A stretch of 64,000 nt of DNA from Pseudomonadota bacterium. GTDB lineage: Bacteria > Pseudomonadota > Gammaproteobacteria > Burkholderiales > Eutrophovitaceae. Positions 17,937 to 27,353 of the stretch are shown piece after piece. Both the position numbers and the translations under genes were made by a program. Positions within the stretch are counted from its first letter, which is position 1. Each line of letters starts with the position of its first letter. The stretch is taken from assembly GCA_027624715.1 (NCBI GenBank), contig JAQBTV010000001.1:203752-267751 (forward strand). The letters run 5' to 3'. The notes beneath the pieces were generated by a model. The model was given only the letters and a program-made list of their open reading frames with translations. It was not told where the DNA came from and made no database searches.

Positions 17937-18380
17937 CTATGAGAGTGCTTCCTTCACAAGGGCCGAGATTACCGAAAAATCAGCCTTACCAGCCAATTCG
18001 GACTTCAGTAGTGCCATCACCTTACCCATGTCTTTAGGCCCATTGGCATTCGCATTCACAATAGCGACCCCAACTGCGGCGCTCATCTCCTCCACGCTGA
18101 GCTGCTGGGGTAAGTATGTCATCAAAATATCAAGCTCGGCTTGCTCCCGGTCAGCCAGTTCTCGTCTATTCGCCTCCTGGTAAATGCATATAGACTCTTT
18201 ACGTTGTTTGATCATTTTTTCAAGAATCGCGATCACCTCCCCGTCATTCAGATCAACCCTGCGATCAATTTCTTGTTGCTTTAATGCAGCCATAAGCAGT
18301 CTGAGCGTAGAGAGTTGAATTTCACTTCTGGCTTTCATTGCACTTCGAATATTTTGTTCAATTTTTGATTTCAGATTCAT
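17937..18380 (-). CDS. yqeY: GatB/YqeY domain-containing protein
   Basis: 147 aa. MKARSEIQLSTLRLLMAALK...REESICIYQEANR...EQAELDILMTYLP matches the YqeY pattern. It lies between rpsU and dnaG. Confidence 0.88.
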   Translation of the reverse strand: MNLKSKIEQNIRSAMKARSEIQLSTLRLLMAALKQQEIDRRVDLNDGEVIAILEKMIKQRKESICIYQEANRRELADREQAELDILMTYLPQQLSVEEMSAAVGVAIVNANANGPKDMGKVMALLKSELAGKADFSVISALVKEALS

Positions 18381-18453
18381 TAGATTCTCTCCCCAAATTC
18401 ACTCAATACAAAAAAACCTTAATCTCCAACACGACTCGAGCTCTTGTCCCCAC

Positions 18454-18489
18454 AAATAAAAACGGTGCACGCTCAGCGATGCACCGTTT
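18454..18489 (-). terminator. rho-independent terminator downstream of rpsU
   Basis: On the minus strand: AAACGGTGCA tcgctgagcg TGCACCGTTT followed by TTTATTT. The stem is a perfect 10 bp, 28 nt after the rpsU stop. Confidence 0.8.
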
Positions 18490-18516
18490 CAAATTACCGC
18501 TGAAGATGAACTGTTG

Positions 18517-18729
18517 CTAAAACATCTTTGGAGGCAACATCTGACTACGAATTCTTTTGTGATGTCGCTTGACTGCCGATGCATGTTTACGCTTTCGCTC
18601 AGCGGTCGGCTTTTCGTAGAACTCTCTCGCACGCAGCTCAGTTAATAAACCGGTCTTTTCAACGGTTCTCTTGAACCGCCTTATCGCCACCTCAAATGGC
18701 TCATTCTCTTTAAGTCGTACAATTGGCAT
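18517..18729 (-). CDS. rpsU: 30S ribosomal protein S21
   Basis: [48 protein letters not shown]... (70 aa) starts at the internal ATG 18729. The track ORF's N-terminal extension to 18843 overlaps the tsaD start and is not credible. Confidence 0.95.
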   Translation of the reverse strand: MPIVRLKENEPFEVAIRRFKRTVEKTGLLTELRAREFYEKPTAERKRKHASAVKRHHKRIRSQMLPPKMF

Positions 18730-18835
18730 AGATAAATATTTAATCTGTATAGTTGCGCTGGTTTTCCAGCGAAGGGGCGTGAGTGTACCAAAGTTTTCCC
18801 CTAATATGCAAATAACTAAAGAATAGGATGTCGCA

Positions 18836-19873
18836 GTGACCACGAAACCAAAGTTAGTGCTTGGAATTGAAACTTCGTGCGATGAAACCGGCGTAGCACT
18901 TTATCACACGATAGAAGGCTTAAAAGGACACAAATTGTATTCGCAAGCGCAACTCCATGCGAAGTACGGAGGCGTCGTCCCAGAGCTAGCCTCTCGAGAC
19001 CATGTGCGCAAGTTACTCCCACTAATCAAGGATCTACTTGACGAGACAAATACCAAATTAAACTCAATTGATTTAATAGCTTATACAAGAGGCCCAGGAC
19101 TTTCAGGCGCATTGCTTGTGGGCAGCACCGTCGGGAACGCCTTAGGTTATGCGCTCAAAAAACCGGTTATTGGAGTGCATCATCTCGAGGCGCACTTACT
19201 ATCACCTCTGCTGAGCAACCCTGAGCTTGAGTTCCCGTTTGTAGCCTTACTGGTCTCTGGGGGCCACACTCAGATCATTCAAGTCGACGGTATTGGTAAT
19301 TATGTCATTCAGGGTGACACACGGGATGACGCTGCCGGTGAGGCTTTTGATAAGACAGCGAAGATCATTGGCTTGCCTTACCCTGGTGGCGCCTTACTCT
19401 CAAAGCTTGCAGAGACTGGTGATGCCTTTAAATATCCATTACCCAAACCCATGCTCAATAGACCCGATCTCGACTGCGATTTCAGCTTCAGCGGCCTCAA
19501 AACAGCAGTCGCACAACTAGTCCACAAATTGGATGCGAGAAAAGTCATGGCATCCAGTACCCTAAGAGCGGACATCGCAGCAAGTTTTCAAGAATCAGTC
19601 ACCGAAGTACTGACACAGAAATGCTGTCGGGCACTCCGACGGAACAAATCGAAATCTCTAGTAATTGCGGGAGGCGTCTGTGCCAACAATGAGTTACGTA
19701 GAAAAGTAAACCAGCAAGCAAAAGAACAGGACTTTAAGGTGTACTATCCGCCTGTTGAATTTTGCACGGATAACGGCGCGATGGTCGCCCTGGTTGGGGC
19801 TTTAAAAATTTCGGAAGGCATTTCGGGTCCAAATCCATTTGACATCAAACCACGCTGGCCACTGAGCGTTTAA
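18836..19873 (+). CDS. tsaD: tRNA N6-adenosine threonylcarbamoyltransferase
   Basis: 345 aa with a GTG start. [23 protein letters not shown] and LLVSGGHTQ are present. It is divergent from rpsU, as in E. coli. Confidence 0.96.
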   Translation: MTTKPKLVLGIETSCDETGVALYHTIEGLKGHKLYSQAQLHAKYGGVVPELASRDHVRKLLPLIKDLLDETNTKLNSIDLIAYTRGPGLSGALLVGSTVGNALGYALKKPVIGVHHLEAHLLSPLLSNPELEFPFVALLVSGGHTQIIQVDGIGNYVIQGDTRDDAAGEAFDKTAKIIGLPYPGGALLSKLAETGDAFKYPLPKPMLNRPDLDCDFSFSGLKTAVAQLVHKLDARKVMASSTLRADIAASFQESVTEVLTQKCCRALRRNKSKSLVIAGGVCANNELRRKVNQQAKEQDFKVYYPPVEFCTDNGAMVALVGALKISEGISGPNPFDIKPRWPLSV

Positions 19874-19925
19874 TTGCGGGTCCAAATCCATTTGACATCA
19901 AACCACGCTGGCCACTGAGCGTTTA
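19824..19925. repeat. perfect 49-bp direct tandem repeat (period 53 bp) duplicating the tsaD 3' end
   Basis: CGGGTCCAAATCCATTTGACATCAAACCACGCTGGCCACTGAGCGTTTA occurs at 19824-19872 and again at 19877-19925. Copy 1 carries the real TAA stop; copy 2 is followed by G, giving TAG. Confidence 0.95.
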
Positions 19926-19961
19926 GTTAAATTTTCTCAATCTACTTGATCAAAATATTTT

Positions 19962-20597
19962 TTAACAAGAGTTTTTCTCCTTCTTTCCGATTTTTGACTC
20001 GGTACCATGTAATAAGTTAACAATATTTTTCTTGTGCCTCAAAATTAATATTACGCTCACAACGCTGGTGAGCGCGGTTAATTCTAAGTTATCCAGATGC
20101 CAAAAAATAATTACTGGAGCCATAAACGTCGCGCAAATTGCAGCCAGAGAAGAGTACCGAAACATAACGGAAACGATTAACCAAATCAAAAATACAGCAC
20201 AACCAATCTGAAGATCTAGAGCAAGCAACCCTCCAGCTGCTGTTGCAACCCCCTTACCACCCTTGAACGCATGAAACAAAGGGAAAATATGACCGAAAAG
20301 AACTCCGATCAGTGCAAAACCCACTGCCCATTCGTGTCCTGACCAAACAGTGTCCGATATGATCCATAATGGTAAATACAGAACCGCAAAAAAACCTTTG
20401 GTACCATCACCAAGCAAAGTAAGCAAAGCTGCTACTTTATTTCCAGTGCGAAGTACGTTGGTTGCCCCTGGATTCTCAGAGCCATAACTATAGGGGCTGG
20501 GAAGTGACATCAGCTTGCTGACGACAACCGCAAAAGAAACGGAGCCGGTTAAATAGCTTGCTAAGATCAAACCAATCAATGAGATTTCAAATAACAC
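19962..20597 (-). CDS. plsY: glycerol-3-phosphate acyltransferase PlsY
   Basis: GSENPGATNVLRTGNK, FKGGKGVATAAG and ILRHKKNI motifs are present. The likely start is GTG at 20597 (GAGG upstream), 4 nt after the xerD stop. The longer track ORF to 20684 overlaps xerD. Confidence 0.92.
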   Translation of the reverse strand: MLFEISLIGLILASYLTGSVSFAVVVSKLMSLPSPYSYGSENPGATNVLRTGNKVAALLTLLGDGTKGFFAVLYLPLWIISDTVWSGHEWAVGFALIGVLFGHIFPLFHAFKGGKGVATAAGGLLALDLQIGCAVFLIWLIVSVMFRYSSLAAICATFMAPVIIFWHLDNLELTALTSVVSVILILRHKKNIVNLLHGTESKIGKKEKNSC

Positions 20598-20601
20598 AAC
20601 C

Positions 20602-21507
20602 TCAACCTCTCGGATGGTGCTCTTGGTGCAAGTTCTTAAGCCTCTCACGCGCAACATGGGTATAAATCTGTGTCGTCGACACATCGGAGTGCCCCAACAA
20701 AAGCTGCACTGACCTCAAGTCAGCACCATGATTAAGTAAATGCGTTGCAAAAGCGTGTCTTAATGTGTGCGGTGATACCTTTTTTCGGATACCAGATACG
20801 AGCGCATACTTTTGGATTAAATTCCAAAAAGCTTGACGCGACATAGCGGATCCACGATTCGTGACAAAAACGTCGTCGGACAAGCGTCCAGCCAAAAGAG
20901 CGGGACGCCCCTCCTGAAAATAACGAGCAATCCAGTCAGAGGCTTGCTCGCCCAGAGGCACAACCCTCTCTTTCGCTCCCTTACCCATCACGCGAACAAC
21001 TCCATCTGATAAGTTAACTTGATTCATTTTTAGTGGCACCAATTCCGACACTCTTAAACCACTGCCATAGAGCGTCTCAAGCATTGCGCGATCTCGCAAA
21101 CCAATCTTCGTTTTGGCATCAGGAGACTCTATCAATCGACTGACTTCGTCCTCAATTAATATCGAGGGCAGGCCTTTTGATATTTTTGGAGCCTCAATGT
21201 TAAAGGTTGGATCAACCCTAAGCTTTCCTTCTCTTAATAAAAATTGATAAAAACGCTTGAATACAGACAAACATCGTGCAGTAGTCCGAGATTTTTTTCG
21301 GCAGTCAAAGCAATAAGCGAGATATCCCAAGATGTGCGCATTTGTAACTTTTAACAAGTCAGTGACGTTTTGTGTCTCCTTAAGCCATCGCGTAAACATA
21401 CACAAATCTCGCCGATAGCTGGACAAAGTATTCTTAGATAGTCCATCCTCTAACCACAAAGAATCACAAAAATAGTCAATTGTTTGAATGTTGCCTCCGA
21501 AATTCAT
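20602..21507 (-). CDS. xerD: site-specific tyrosine recombinase XerD
   Basis: RHAFATHLLNHGADLRSVQLLLGHSDVSTTQIYTHVARERLKNLHQEHHPRG is present. Starting at ATG 21507 (MNFGGNIQTIDYFCDSLWLE) gives the N-terminal spacing seen in E. coli XerD and avoids overlap with ogt. The track start is 21534. Confidence 0.93.
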   Translation of the reverse strand: MNFGGNIQTIDYFCDSLWLEDGLSKNTLSSYRRDLCMFTRWLKETQNVTDLLKVTNAHILGYLAYCFDCRKKSRTTARCLSVFKRFYQFLLREGKLRVDPTFNIEAPKISKGLPSILIEDEVSRLIESPDAKTKIGLRDRAMLETLYGSGLRVSELVPLKMNQVNLSDGVVRVMGKGAKERVVPLGEQASDWIARYFQEGRPALLAGRLSDDVFVTNRGSAMSRQAFWNLIQKYALVSGIRKKVSPHTLRHAFATHLLNHGADLRSVQLLLGHSDVSTTQIYTHVARERLKNLHQEHHPRG

Positions 21508-21511
21508 TGAA

Positions 21512-21997
21512 TTATCGTGCAGCTTTGGCCTCATGAGTGAGTAACCAGTATTTTACCTTCAGTGCGAAACTTCCGGTTGAATGCATAAAACCGCCTATTC
21601 CGTTTCGGGCCACGACCCGGTGGCACGCAATCACTAGAGGGAACGGATTATCGCCGCAGGCACGGCCCACCGCTCGCGCAGAGGAATTTATTGATACGGC
21701 GATTTCACCATACGTTTTGGTTTCTCCAGCTGGAATCTTTGCAATTTGATCCCAAACTCGCTTTCGATAACTTGAACCTTGCATATTTAGTGGCAAATCG
21801 AATGTAAAACTTGGATCGATCAGATAGGCATTAATTTGCTTCATAACCTCAACAGACAACTTGTTAGAATGAGCCTGAAACCCTTTCTCATGGGCGCAGT
21901 AATCAATCCTAATAACTAAATCGTTTGTGGTTAACACACTGATGTAGCCAAAAGGTGCTCGAATGTACAATTGGGCAACAGACATATCAGTTAGCAC
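21512..21997 (-). CDS. ogt: methylated-DNA--protein-cysteine methyltransferase
   Basis: 161 aa. It has TYGEIA, NPFPLVIACHRVV (active-site Cys, with Ala replacing the usual Pro) and KYWLLTHE. Confidence 0.88.
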   Translation of the reverse strand: MLTDMSVAQLYIRAPFGYISVLTTNDLVIRIDYCAHEKGFQAHSNKLSVEVMKQINAYLIDPSFTFDLPLNMQGSSYRKRVWDQIAKIPAGETKTYGEIAVSINSSARAVGRACGDNPFPLVIACHRVVARNGIGGFMHSTGSFALKVKYWLLTHEAKAAR

Positions 21998-22057
21998 TCA
22001 AGTTGAGTCACAAACCCGTCAGATTAGTTTTTACCGATTCAAGAAGGCCGAGGGCTA

Positions 22058-22090
22058 GAAACAAAAATGGCAACTATTAATAGCCGCCAT
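22058..22090 (-). terminator. rho-independent terminator downstream of rplS
   Basis: On the minus strand: ATGGCGGCTAT..ATAGTTGCCAT (11 pairs including two G-U) followed by TTTTGTTTCT, about 30 nt after the rplS stop. Confidence 0.7.
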
Positions 22091-22120
22091 TTTATTCTTA
22101 TGCACGAACCGAAACAAAGC

Positions 22121-22501
22121 TTAACCTTCTACTGCAGCCTTTTTCCTCTGTGGCAGTTTTTCTTTAATTCGCGCAGATTTACCTGAACGATCTCTGAGGT
22201 AATACAATTTAGCGCGCCGTACACCACCACGACGCTTCACTTCAATACTCGCAATTAAAGGCGAATATGATTGAAATGTTCTCTCAACACCAACGCCCGA
22301 AGAGATTTTTCTCACAGTGAATGAGGAATTTAAACCGCGGTTTTTTTTCGCGATGACAACACCCTCATATGCTTGAACACGCTTTCGCTCACCCTCGACC
22401 ACGTTCACGTTAACAACTACAGTGTCCCCGGCAGAAAAGTCTGGGATCGTTACACCCAGCCGCTCAATTTCTTCTTTTTCTAGTTGCTCTATTAAATTCA
22501 T
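22121..22501 (-). CDS. rplS: 50S ribosomal protein L19
   Basis: 126 aa. [12 protein letters not shown]...[46 protein letters not shown] is present. Confidence 0.97.
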   Translation of the reverse strand: MNLIEQLEKEEIERLGVTIPDFSAGDTVVVNVNVVEGERKRVQAYEGVVIAKKNRGLNSSFTVRKISSGVGVERTFQSYSPLIASIEVKRRGGVRRAKLYYLRDRSGKSARIKEKLPQRKKAAVEG

Positions 22502-22597
22502 AACTGTTACCCCTTAGCTTACGATTATATCTTGATATCCAAACAGAAGGCAATTAGACAGCAAGTCTTTATTCATTTTGAATCTATACATTCAGGG

Positions 22598-23311
22598 TTA
22601 CTGCTTACTTGGATCCTCTGTCTTCAAAAGATCTGGACGCTTCAGACGCGTACGTACTAGAGATTGCTCCTGCCTCCATCGCCTGATTTCATCATGATGC
22701 CCGCTTAAAAGTACTTCCGGGACGCGCGTCCCATTAAACACCTCTGGCCTAGTGTATTGAGGGTACTCAAGCATGCCCGAGGAATGGCTTTCATCAACAG
22801 CCGACTCAGAATGGTTCAGTACGCCAGGAAGCAAGCGAATAACGGCATCTAAAAGGACCATTGCAGGGAGTTCTCCTCCCGACAAAACGTAGTTTCCAAT
22901 AGACACCTCAAGATCAACACTGCCTTCGATAACTCGCTCATCGACTCCCTCATACCGGCCTGACAACAAGACAAGACCATCAAAAGTCGAGATCTCCTTG
23001 ACCAATTCTTGAGTTAACACCCGCCCCTGAGGAGAAAGATAAATCGTTGTGCTTGACTGAATCCCCGTACTCAATTGGCGACACTTAGCTGTATGAATAG
23101 CTTTAACTAATGGGCTCGGCGTTAAAATCATGCCGGCACCACCACCATAAGGCCGATCGTCAACTGTTCGTCGCGGATCATCAGTAAATTCTCTTGGATT
23201 CCAGCACACAAGATCGTAAACGCCCCTGCTTTCCCCGCGACCGGTAACCCCGTTGCGAGTTAACGCAGAAAACATCTCGGGAAATAGTGTGATCACGTCG
23301 AAGCGTTTCAT
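22598..23311 (-). CDS. trmD: tRNA (guanine37-N1)-methyltransferase
   Basis: 237 aa. [35 protein letters not shown] and [14 protein letters not shown] are present. Confidence 0.97.
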   Translation of the reverse strand: MKRFDVITLFPEMFSALTRNGVTGRGESRGVYDLVCWNPREFTDDPRRTVDDRPYGGGAGMILTPSPLVKAIHTAKCRQLSTGIQSSTTIYLSPQGRVLTQELVKEISTFDGLVLLSGRYEGVDERVIEGSVDLEVSIGNYVLSGGELPAMVLLDAVIRLLPGVLNHSESAVDESHSSGMLEYPQYTRPEVFNGTRVPEVLLSGHHDEIRRWRQEQSLVRTRLKRPDLLKTEDPSKQ

Positions 23312-23332
23312 GATTTGTAAATATTTAAAAAG

Positions 23333-23851
23333 TTAATAGTCTAGCTCCCAGTCAACGGCGAGGATCCTATTCCCGGTATCGATCCGCTCAATAACGTGGT
23401 CTATCCACGGGATGAGCCGTTCTTCTTTACCGTCTTTCAACACAATCACTGGCTGAGCGCCAGAATCAAACAAATGATCAATGACCCCAAGGTCCTCACC
23501 CTTGGTATTAATAACAGAGAATCCGACTAACTCGTGCCAGTAGTATTCTTCCTCCGGTAGCTCGGGCAATTGATCGCGCCGTACCCCGAACTCTGAACTC
23601 CTTAATTTTGTTACCTGTTCTCTATCTTCAAATCCTACAAACTTCACGATCAACCCTTGATGCTGAACACGGGAATCTTCTACTTCAACACACACCCACT
23701 CGGACTCGACGTGGACCCACCATTGTGAATATTCACATAAAGAATGAGGAGATGCGGCATAGGACTGAACTCTAAGCCAGCCTTTAACGCCATACGGAGC
23801 CAACAACCGGCCCATGAAAATCAAGCCTTCAGGCTGATTTTTTTCCGCCAA
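23333..23851 (-). CDS. rimM: ribosome maturation factor RimM
   Basis: 172 aa. [15 protein letters not shown] and a PRC-barrel C-terminus are present, and it lies between rpsP and trmD. Start is uncertain: this one overlaps rpsP by 23 nt, and an internal Met is 12 codons downstream. Confidence 0.9.
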   Translation of the reverse strand: MAEKNQPEGLIFMGRLLAPYGVKGWLRVQSYAASPHSLCEYSQWWVHVESEWVCVEVEDSRVQHQGLIVKFVGFEDREQVTKLRSSEFGVRRDQLPELPEEEYYWHELVGFSVINTKGEDLGVIDHLFDSGAQPVIVLKDGKEERLIPWIDHVIERIDTGNRILAVDWELDY

Positions 23852-24083
23852 GCTGCTTAACTAGACGCGCTGCTGTATCTGATAACTGGGCGCCTTTGCC
23901 TTGCCAAAAAGTGAGTCTATCAACATCAATACGAAGACCTTCCACCCCTTCAGGGGCTAGAGGATCATAAAAACCCACTCGTTCAAGATAACGTCCGTCA
24001 CGGGGTTTCCTCGAGTCTGCTACGACCATATTGTAGAACGGGCGACACTTGCTTCCACTCCTTGATAATCTAATTACAACCAT
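23829..24083 (-). CDS. rpsP: 30S ribosomal protein S16
   Basis: 84 aa. [41 protein letters not shown] is present. Confidence 0.97.
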   Translation of the reverse strand: MVVIRLSRSGSKCRPFYNMVVADSRKPRDGRYLERVGFYDPLAPEGVEGLRIDVDRLTFWQGKGAQLSDTAARLVKQLGGKKSA

Positions 24084-24207
24084 TTGGTATCCGTAAAGTC
24101 TAGGTTAACGTGATAATCGAATTTAATTCAGCCGAGTAGTTTACGCTTTTTTAACCGAAAAACGCAACTGTATCTACGCCCTGCTGTTTTTACAACAGCA
24201 ATTATGA

Positions 24208-24972
24208 TCAATTACTATAAATTGAATCGAGGAATTGTGCAATTTCTGACACAAGGGTTTCTTCACGACGCTCAAAAAAATGCAATGCATTTTGAATGAT
24301 TACCTGCGTGGAACCTGGGACCTTTACGATTTGTTGTTTTCGTTCATAACCCCCAACTACTGTAACTTCCCAATCGTCCGACGCAAACACATCCATAACG
24401 GGTATCTTAATTCTGAACATTTCTTGTAACCCATTAAGAATACTGATAAATACCCATGAATTCACTAGTGTTTCGTCTACCGTGATCAGATAGTGGTTAG
24501 CCATGGTAGCCCCAAGGCTATGCGAGACAATGGAAATATTATCGAAACCTTTCTCATTAAGAAATTGAGCAGCCAAATCAAACCGATGAAATGCCTCGGG
24601 ATAAGTCGGGAGATAGTCACCGACCTTTGCGCCTCCACCAAGGATAGGCATTTGAATCGACAGCGTGCTGTAGCCAGATTCAGCTAACAAAACGCGCAGC
24701 ATGCCATACAACTCAAAATCAGGATTCCACCCTCTTCCGTGCGCTATGATCACCGCACCCTTGGGATTTTCAGCTTCAGTATAAATGCCTAAAAATTTAT
24801 GTTCGTTGGACTGCTCTATCCAAACGGGATTACCCACTATAATCGAGGGAATAATTTGATCCGCCCAATTTTTCTCTCGCTCGTAATCAGAATACGCGGT
24901 GTACTCAATGGCCGCCAAAGCAGTCACTGGTGAGAAAGATAATACAATCAATATTTTAATAATGTGCAACAT
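24208..24972 (-). CDS. secreted alpha/beta-fold hydrolase family protein
   Basis: 254 aa with a signal peptide (LSFSPVTALAAIEY). It has a nucleophile-elbow-like SHSLG and a hydrolase-like IIAHGRGWNPDF. The subfamily is not assignable by eye. Confidence 0.65.
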   Translation of the reverse strand: MLHIIKILIVLSFSPVTALAAIEYTAYSDYEREKNWADQIIPSIIVGNPVWIEQSNEHKFLGIYTEAENPKGAVIIAHGRGWNPDFELYGMLRVLLAESGYSTLSIQMPILGGGAKVGDYLPTYPEAFHRFDLAAQFLNEKGFDNISIVSHSLGATMANHYLITVDETLVNSWVFISILNGLQEMFRIKIPVMDVFASDDWEVTVVGGYERKQQIVKVPGSTQVIIQNALHFFERREETLVSEIAQFLDSIYSN

Positions 24973-25034
24973 GAAATATTTCGTTTTCCTTCCCTATAAG
25001 AAGTTATAAAAATAGCATTAACCACCAGTTATCT

Positions 25035-26375
25035 TCAACCCATTGAGCCCGTCATTCCAGAAAGCATACGCTTAAGCCCTCCAGACTTACCCATTAGCTT
25101 CATCATCTTTTGCATTTGTCCAAATTGGTTTAATAATTTATTGACTTCTTGCACTGTCACACCGGCCCCTTTCGCGATGCGACGCTTTCTTGAAGCCTTA
25201 AGAACCTCTGGACGACGTCGCTCGACTACCGTCATAGAATCAATCATGCCAACGGTTCGACGAGTAACTTTCTCATCTAGTGAAGCCCCTTGGGCAACCT
25301 GAGAGAACTTTGTAGGGAGTTTTTCTAGAATCTTTTCCATACCACCCATATTTTGCATTTGCTGCATCTGTAACTTAAAGTCCTCCAAATCAAAGCTTTT
25401 CCCTGATTTAAGTTTCTTAGCAAACTTAGCTGTCTCTTTATCATCTAACGCTCTTTTGGCATCATCCACTAAAGATAGAATGTCGCCCATCCCCAAAATG
25501 CGAGTCGCAATTCGTTCTGGAAAAAAAGGTTCTAAACCTGTCATTTTTTCACCAGTACCAATGAATTTAATAGGCTGCCCCGTCACCTTCTTCACTGACA
25601 GCGCAGCTCCGCCTCGCGAGTCGCCATCCATCTTGGTAAGGATAACGCCCGTTAGCGCTAGGTTCTCCGCAAACGTGCGTGCAACATTAACCGCGTCCTG
25701 ACCCTGCATGGCATCAACAACGAACAACGTCTCAACAGGATTTAACGTGTCGCTAAGTAGCTTAATTTCATTCATCATTCCCTGATCAATCGATAGACGG
25801 CCCGCCGTATCGACAAGAAGAACATCGTAAAAACTTTTTTTAGCTACCTCGAGTGCTGCAGTAGCAAGATCAATCGCAGATTTATCAACTTGGGGTGGAT
25901 AAGCATCAACACCCACTTGTTTAGCGATGACCATCAATTGAGCTTGAGCCGCTGGCCGCCGTACGTCACAACTCACCATCAGAACGCGTTTTTTCTCCTT
26001 TGAGAGTTTCAACGCTAACTTACCGCAAGTTGTGGTTTTACCCGCCCCCTGAAGACCCGCCATTAAAATAATGACGGGACGTTGTGCAGCAAATGAGAGT
26101 TCCGAGTTGTGACTTCCCATTAATGCTGTTAGCTCATCCTTAACGACCCCAATCAGCGCTTGACCAGGGGTAAGGCTACCCAACACCTCTTGCCCCTCCG
26201 CTTTTACCTTGACGTCTTCGATAAACTGCTTAACAATTGAGAGTGCTACGTCTGCTTCTAATAAAGCAATACGTACTTCTCGCAGAGCATCCTTAATATT
26301 AGCGTCTGTGAGCCTGGCTTGGCCCCTGACGGTCTTGATGACCCTAGATAGGCGATCCGTTAATGTATCCAGCAT
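25035..26375 (-). CDS. ffh: signal recognition particle protein Ffh
   Basis: 446 aa. GLQGAGKTTT, DTAGR, TKMDGDSRGGAALS and a Met-rich M domain are present. Confidence 0.98.
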   Translation of the reverse strand: MLDTLTDRLSRVIKTVRGQARLTDANIKDALREVRIALLEADVALSIVKQFIEDVKVKAEGQEVLGSLTPGQALIGVVKDELTALMGSHNSELSFAAQRPVIILMAGLQGAGKTTTCGKLALKLSKEKKRVLMVSCDVRRPAAQAQLMVIAKQVGVDAYPPQVDKSAIDLATAALEVAKKSFYDVLLVDTAGRLSIDQGMMNEIKLLSDTLNPVETLFVVDAMQGQDAVNVARTFAENLALTGVILTKMDGDSRGGAALSVKKVTGQPIKFIGTGEKMTGLEPFFPERIATRILGMGDILSLVDDAKRALDDKETAKFAKKLKSGKSFDLEDFKLQMQQMQNMGGMEKILEKLPTKFSQVAQGASLDEKVTRRTVGMIDSMTVVERRRPEVLKASRKRRIAKGAGVTVQEVNKLLNQFGQMQKMMKLMGKSGGLKRMLSGMTGSMG

Positions 26376-26449
26376 ATGCTTTTAAAATTCTTTAAAGGTA
26401 AGCCTAATAAAATTTAGACTTATATTCTGTTACGATCTGAATTAAAACT

Positions 26450-27283
26450 ATGCGCGCAATTCTACTTCATCTTGCCACGACCCTTACTTACGCATCATTG
26501 TCGCTTATCATTTGGCAACAATTACGGGCGCCTTCAGTAGAGAGTCTGAAGTGGGCCAAGGTGAAACCTTGGGTCAACTTCTTGACTCTTATCCCTATTG
26601 GATTACACATCGCCTTAACCTATCACTACTCTCTAGGATTTAACGGTCTCCACTTGGGACTAGGAAACTTTACCTCTCTCATTGTCGCGACAACCTGCCT
26701 CATTTATGCAAGTCATAGTTTGTGGGCGGGGGAAAACTCCTTGCCTGCGCTCTCATTGCCGTTTGGAGCGATCGCCTCTTTGCTGCCGCTACTCGATGGG
26801 GCATCAGTACAAATACCCCACTCTGAATTATCAATATTCAAAATCCACTTAATGTTATCGGTTGTTGCGTATAGCCTACTATCGGTATCCTTAATTCACA
26901 CGCTCATGATGAGCTACCTCGAAAAAAGCTTACATCAGCACAAATTTTCACCATTGATCGAAAATTTACCACCACTATTGAAACTCGAGACTCTCTTATT
27001 CACGATATTGCTTCTTGGCTTCTTAACTTTGTCAGCCGCCCTAGTTAGCGGCATTTTCATTTCTTTGGAAATTCAGTCAACAATACTGCCCATAAACCAT
27101 AAAACAATTTTTAGTATTGCGTCATGGCTACTTTTTGCATCACTTCTGATCGGTCGACACCTGCTTGGCTGGAGAGGGAAAGTCGCGCGAAAGATTTTAG
27201 TTATTGGTTTCCTACTCTTGATTATTGCTTACTTCGGTTCACGCTTCGTATCTGAAATTATTTTACAAAACCCGCAATATTAA
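26450..27283 (+). CDS. ypjD: inner membrane protein of the cytochrome c assembly (CcsA-like) family, YpjD-like
   Basis: 277-aa polytopic membrane protein. It is divergent from ffh and followed by a YfjD-like gene, which is the E. coli arrangement. Confidence 0.75.
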   Translation: MRAILLHLATTLTYASLSLIIWQQLRAPSVESLKWAKVKPWVNFLTLIPIGLHIALTYHYSLGFNGLHLGLGNFTSLIVATTCLIYASHSLWAGENSLPALSLPFGAIASLLPLLDGASVQIPHSELSIFKIHLMLSVVAYSLLSVSLIHTLMMSYLEKSLHQHKFSPLIENLPPLLKLETLLFTILLLGFLTLSAALVSGIFISLEIQSTILPINHKTIFSIASWLLFASLLIGRHLLGWRGKVARKILVIGFLLLIIAYFGSRFVSEIILQNPQY

Positions 27284-27353
27284 GCAACGCAAGCAACTGT
27301 CGGGGTTCTTTAGATCTCAAATACAACAGCACATTTAAATTAAGGCGAAGAAT

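Noticed and set aside
18730-18843. N-terminal extensions in the ORF track for rpsU (to 18843), plsY (to 20684), rsmH (to 54024), rsmI (to 56958), yacG (from 29139) and the small membrane protein (TTG at 11238)
   Set aside because: The extensions overlap neighbouring genes or add non-conserved residues. Internal starts give products matching the known family N-termini and, where visible, have a Shine-Dalgarno sequence.
20602-21534. Tyrosine recombinase as a possible marker of a phage or integrative element
   Set aside because: The sequence and C-terminal ...HQEHHPRG tail are those of the chromosome-dimer resolvase XerD. The flanking genes (plsY, ogt) are housekeeping, and no att-like repeats or phage genes are present.
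24084-24207. Short stem GCTGTT/AACAGC and A/T-rich mirror repeat between the hydrolase gene and rpsP, considered as a terminator
   Set aside because: The stem is only 6 bp with no following U-tract on the relevant strand. The second element is a mirror repeat, not an inverted repeat, so no hairpin forms.
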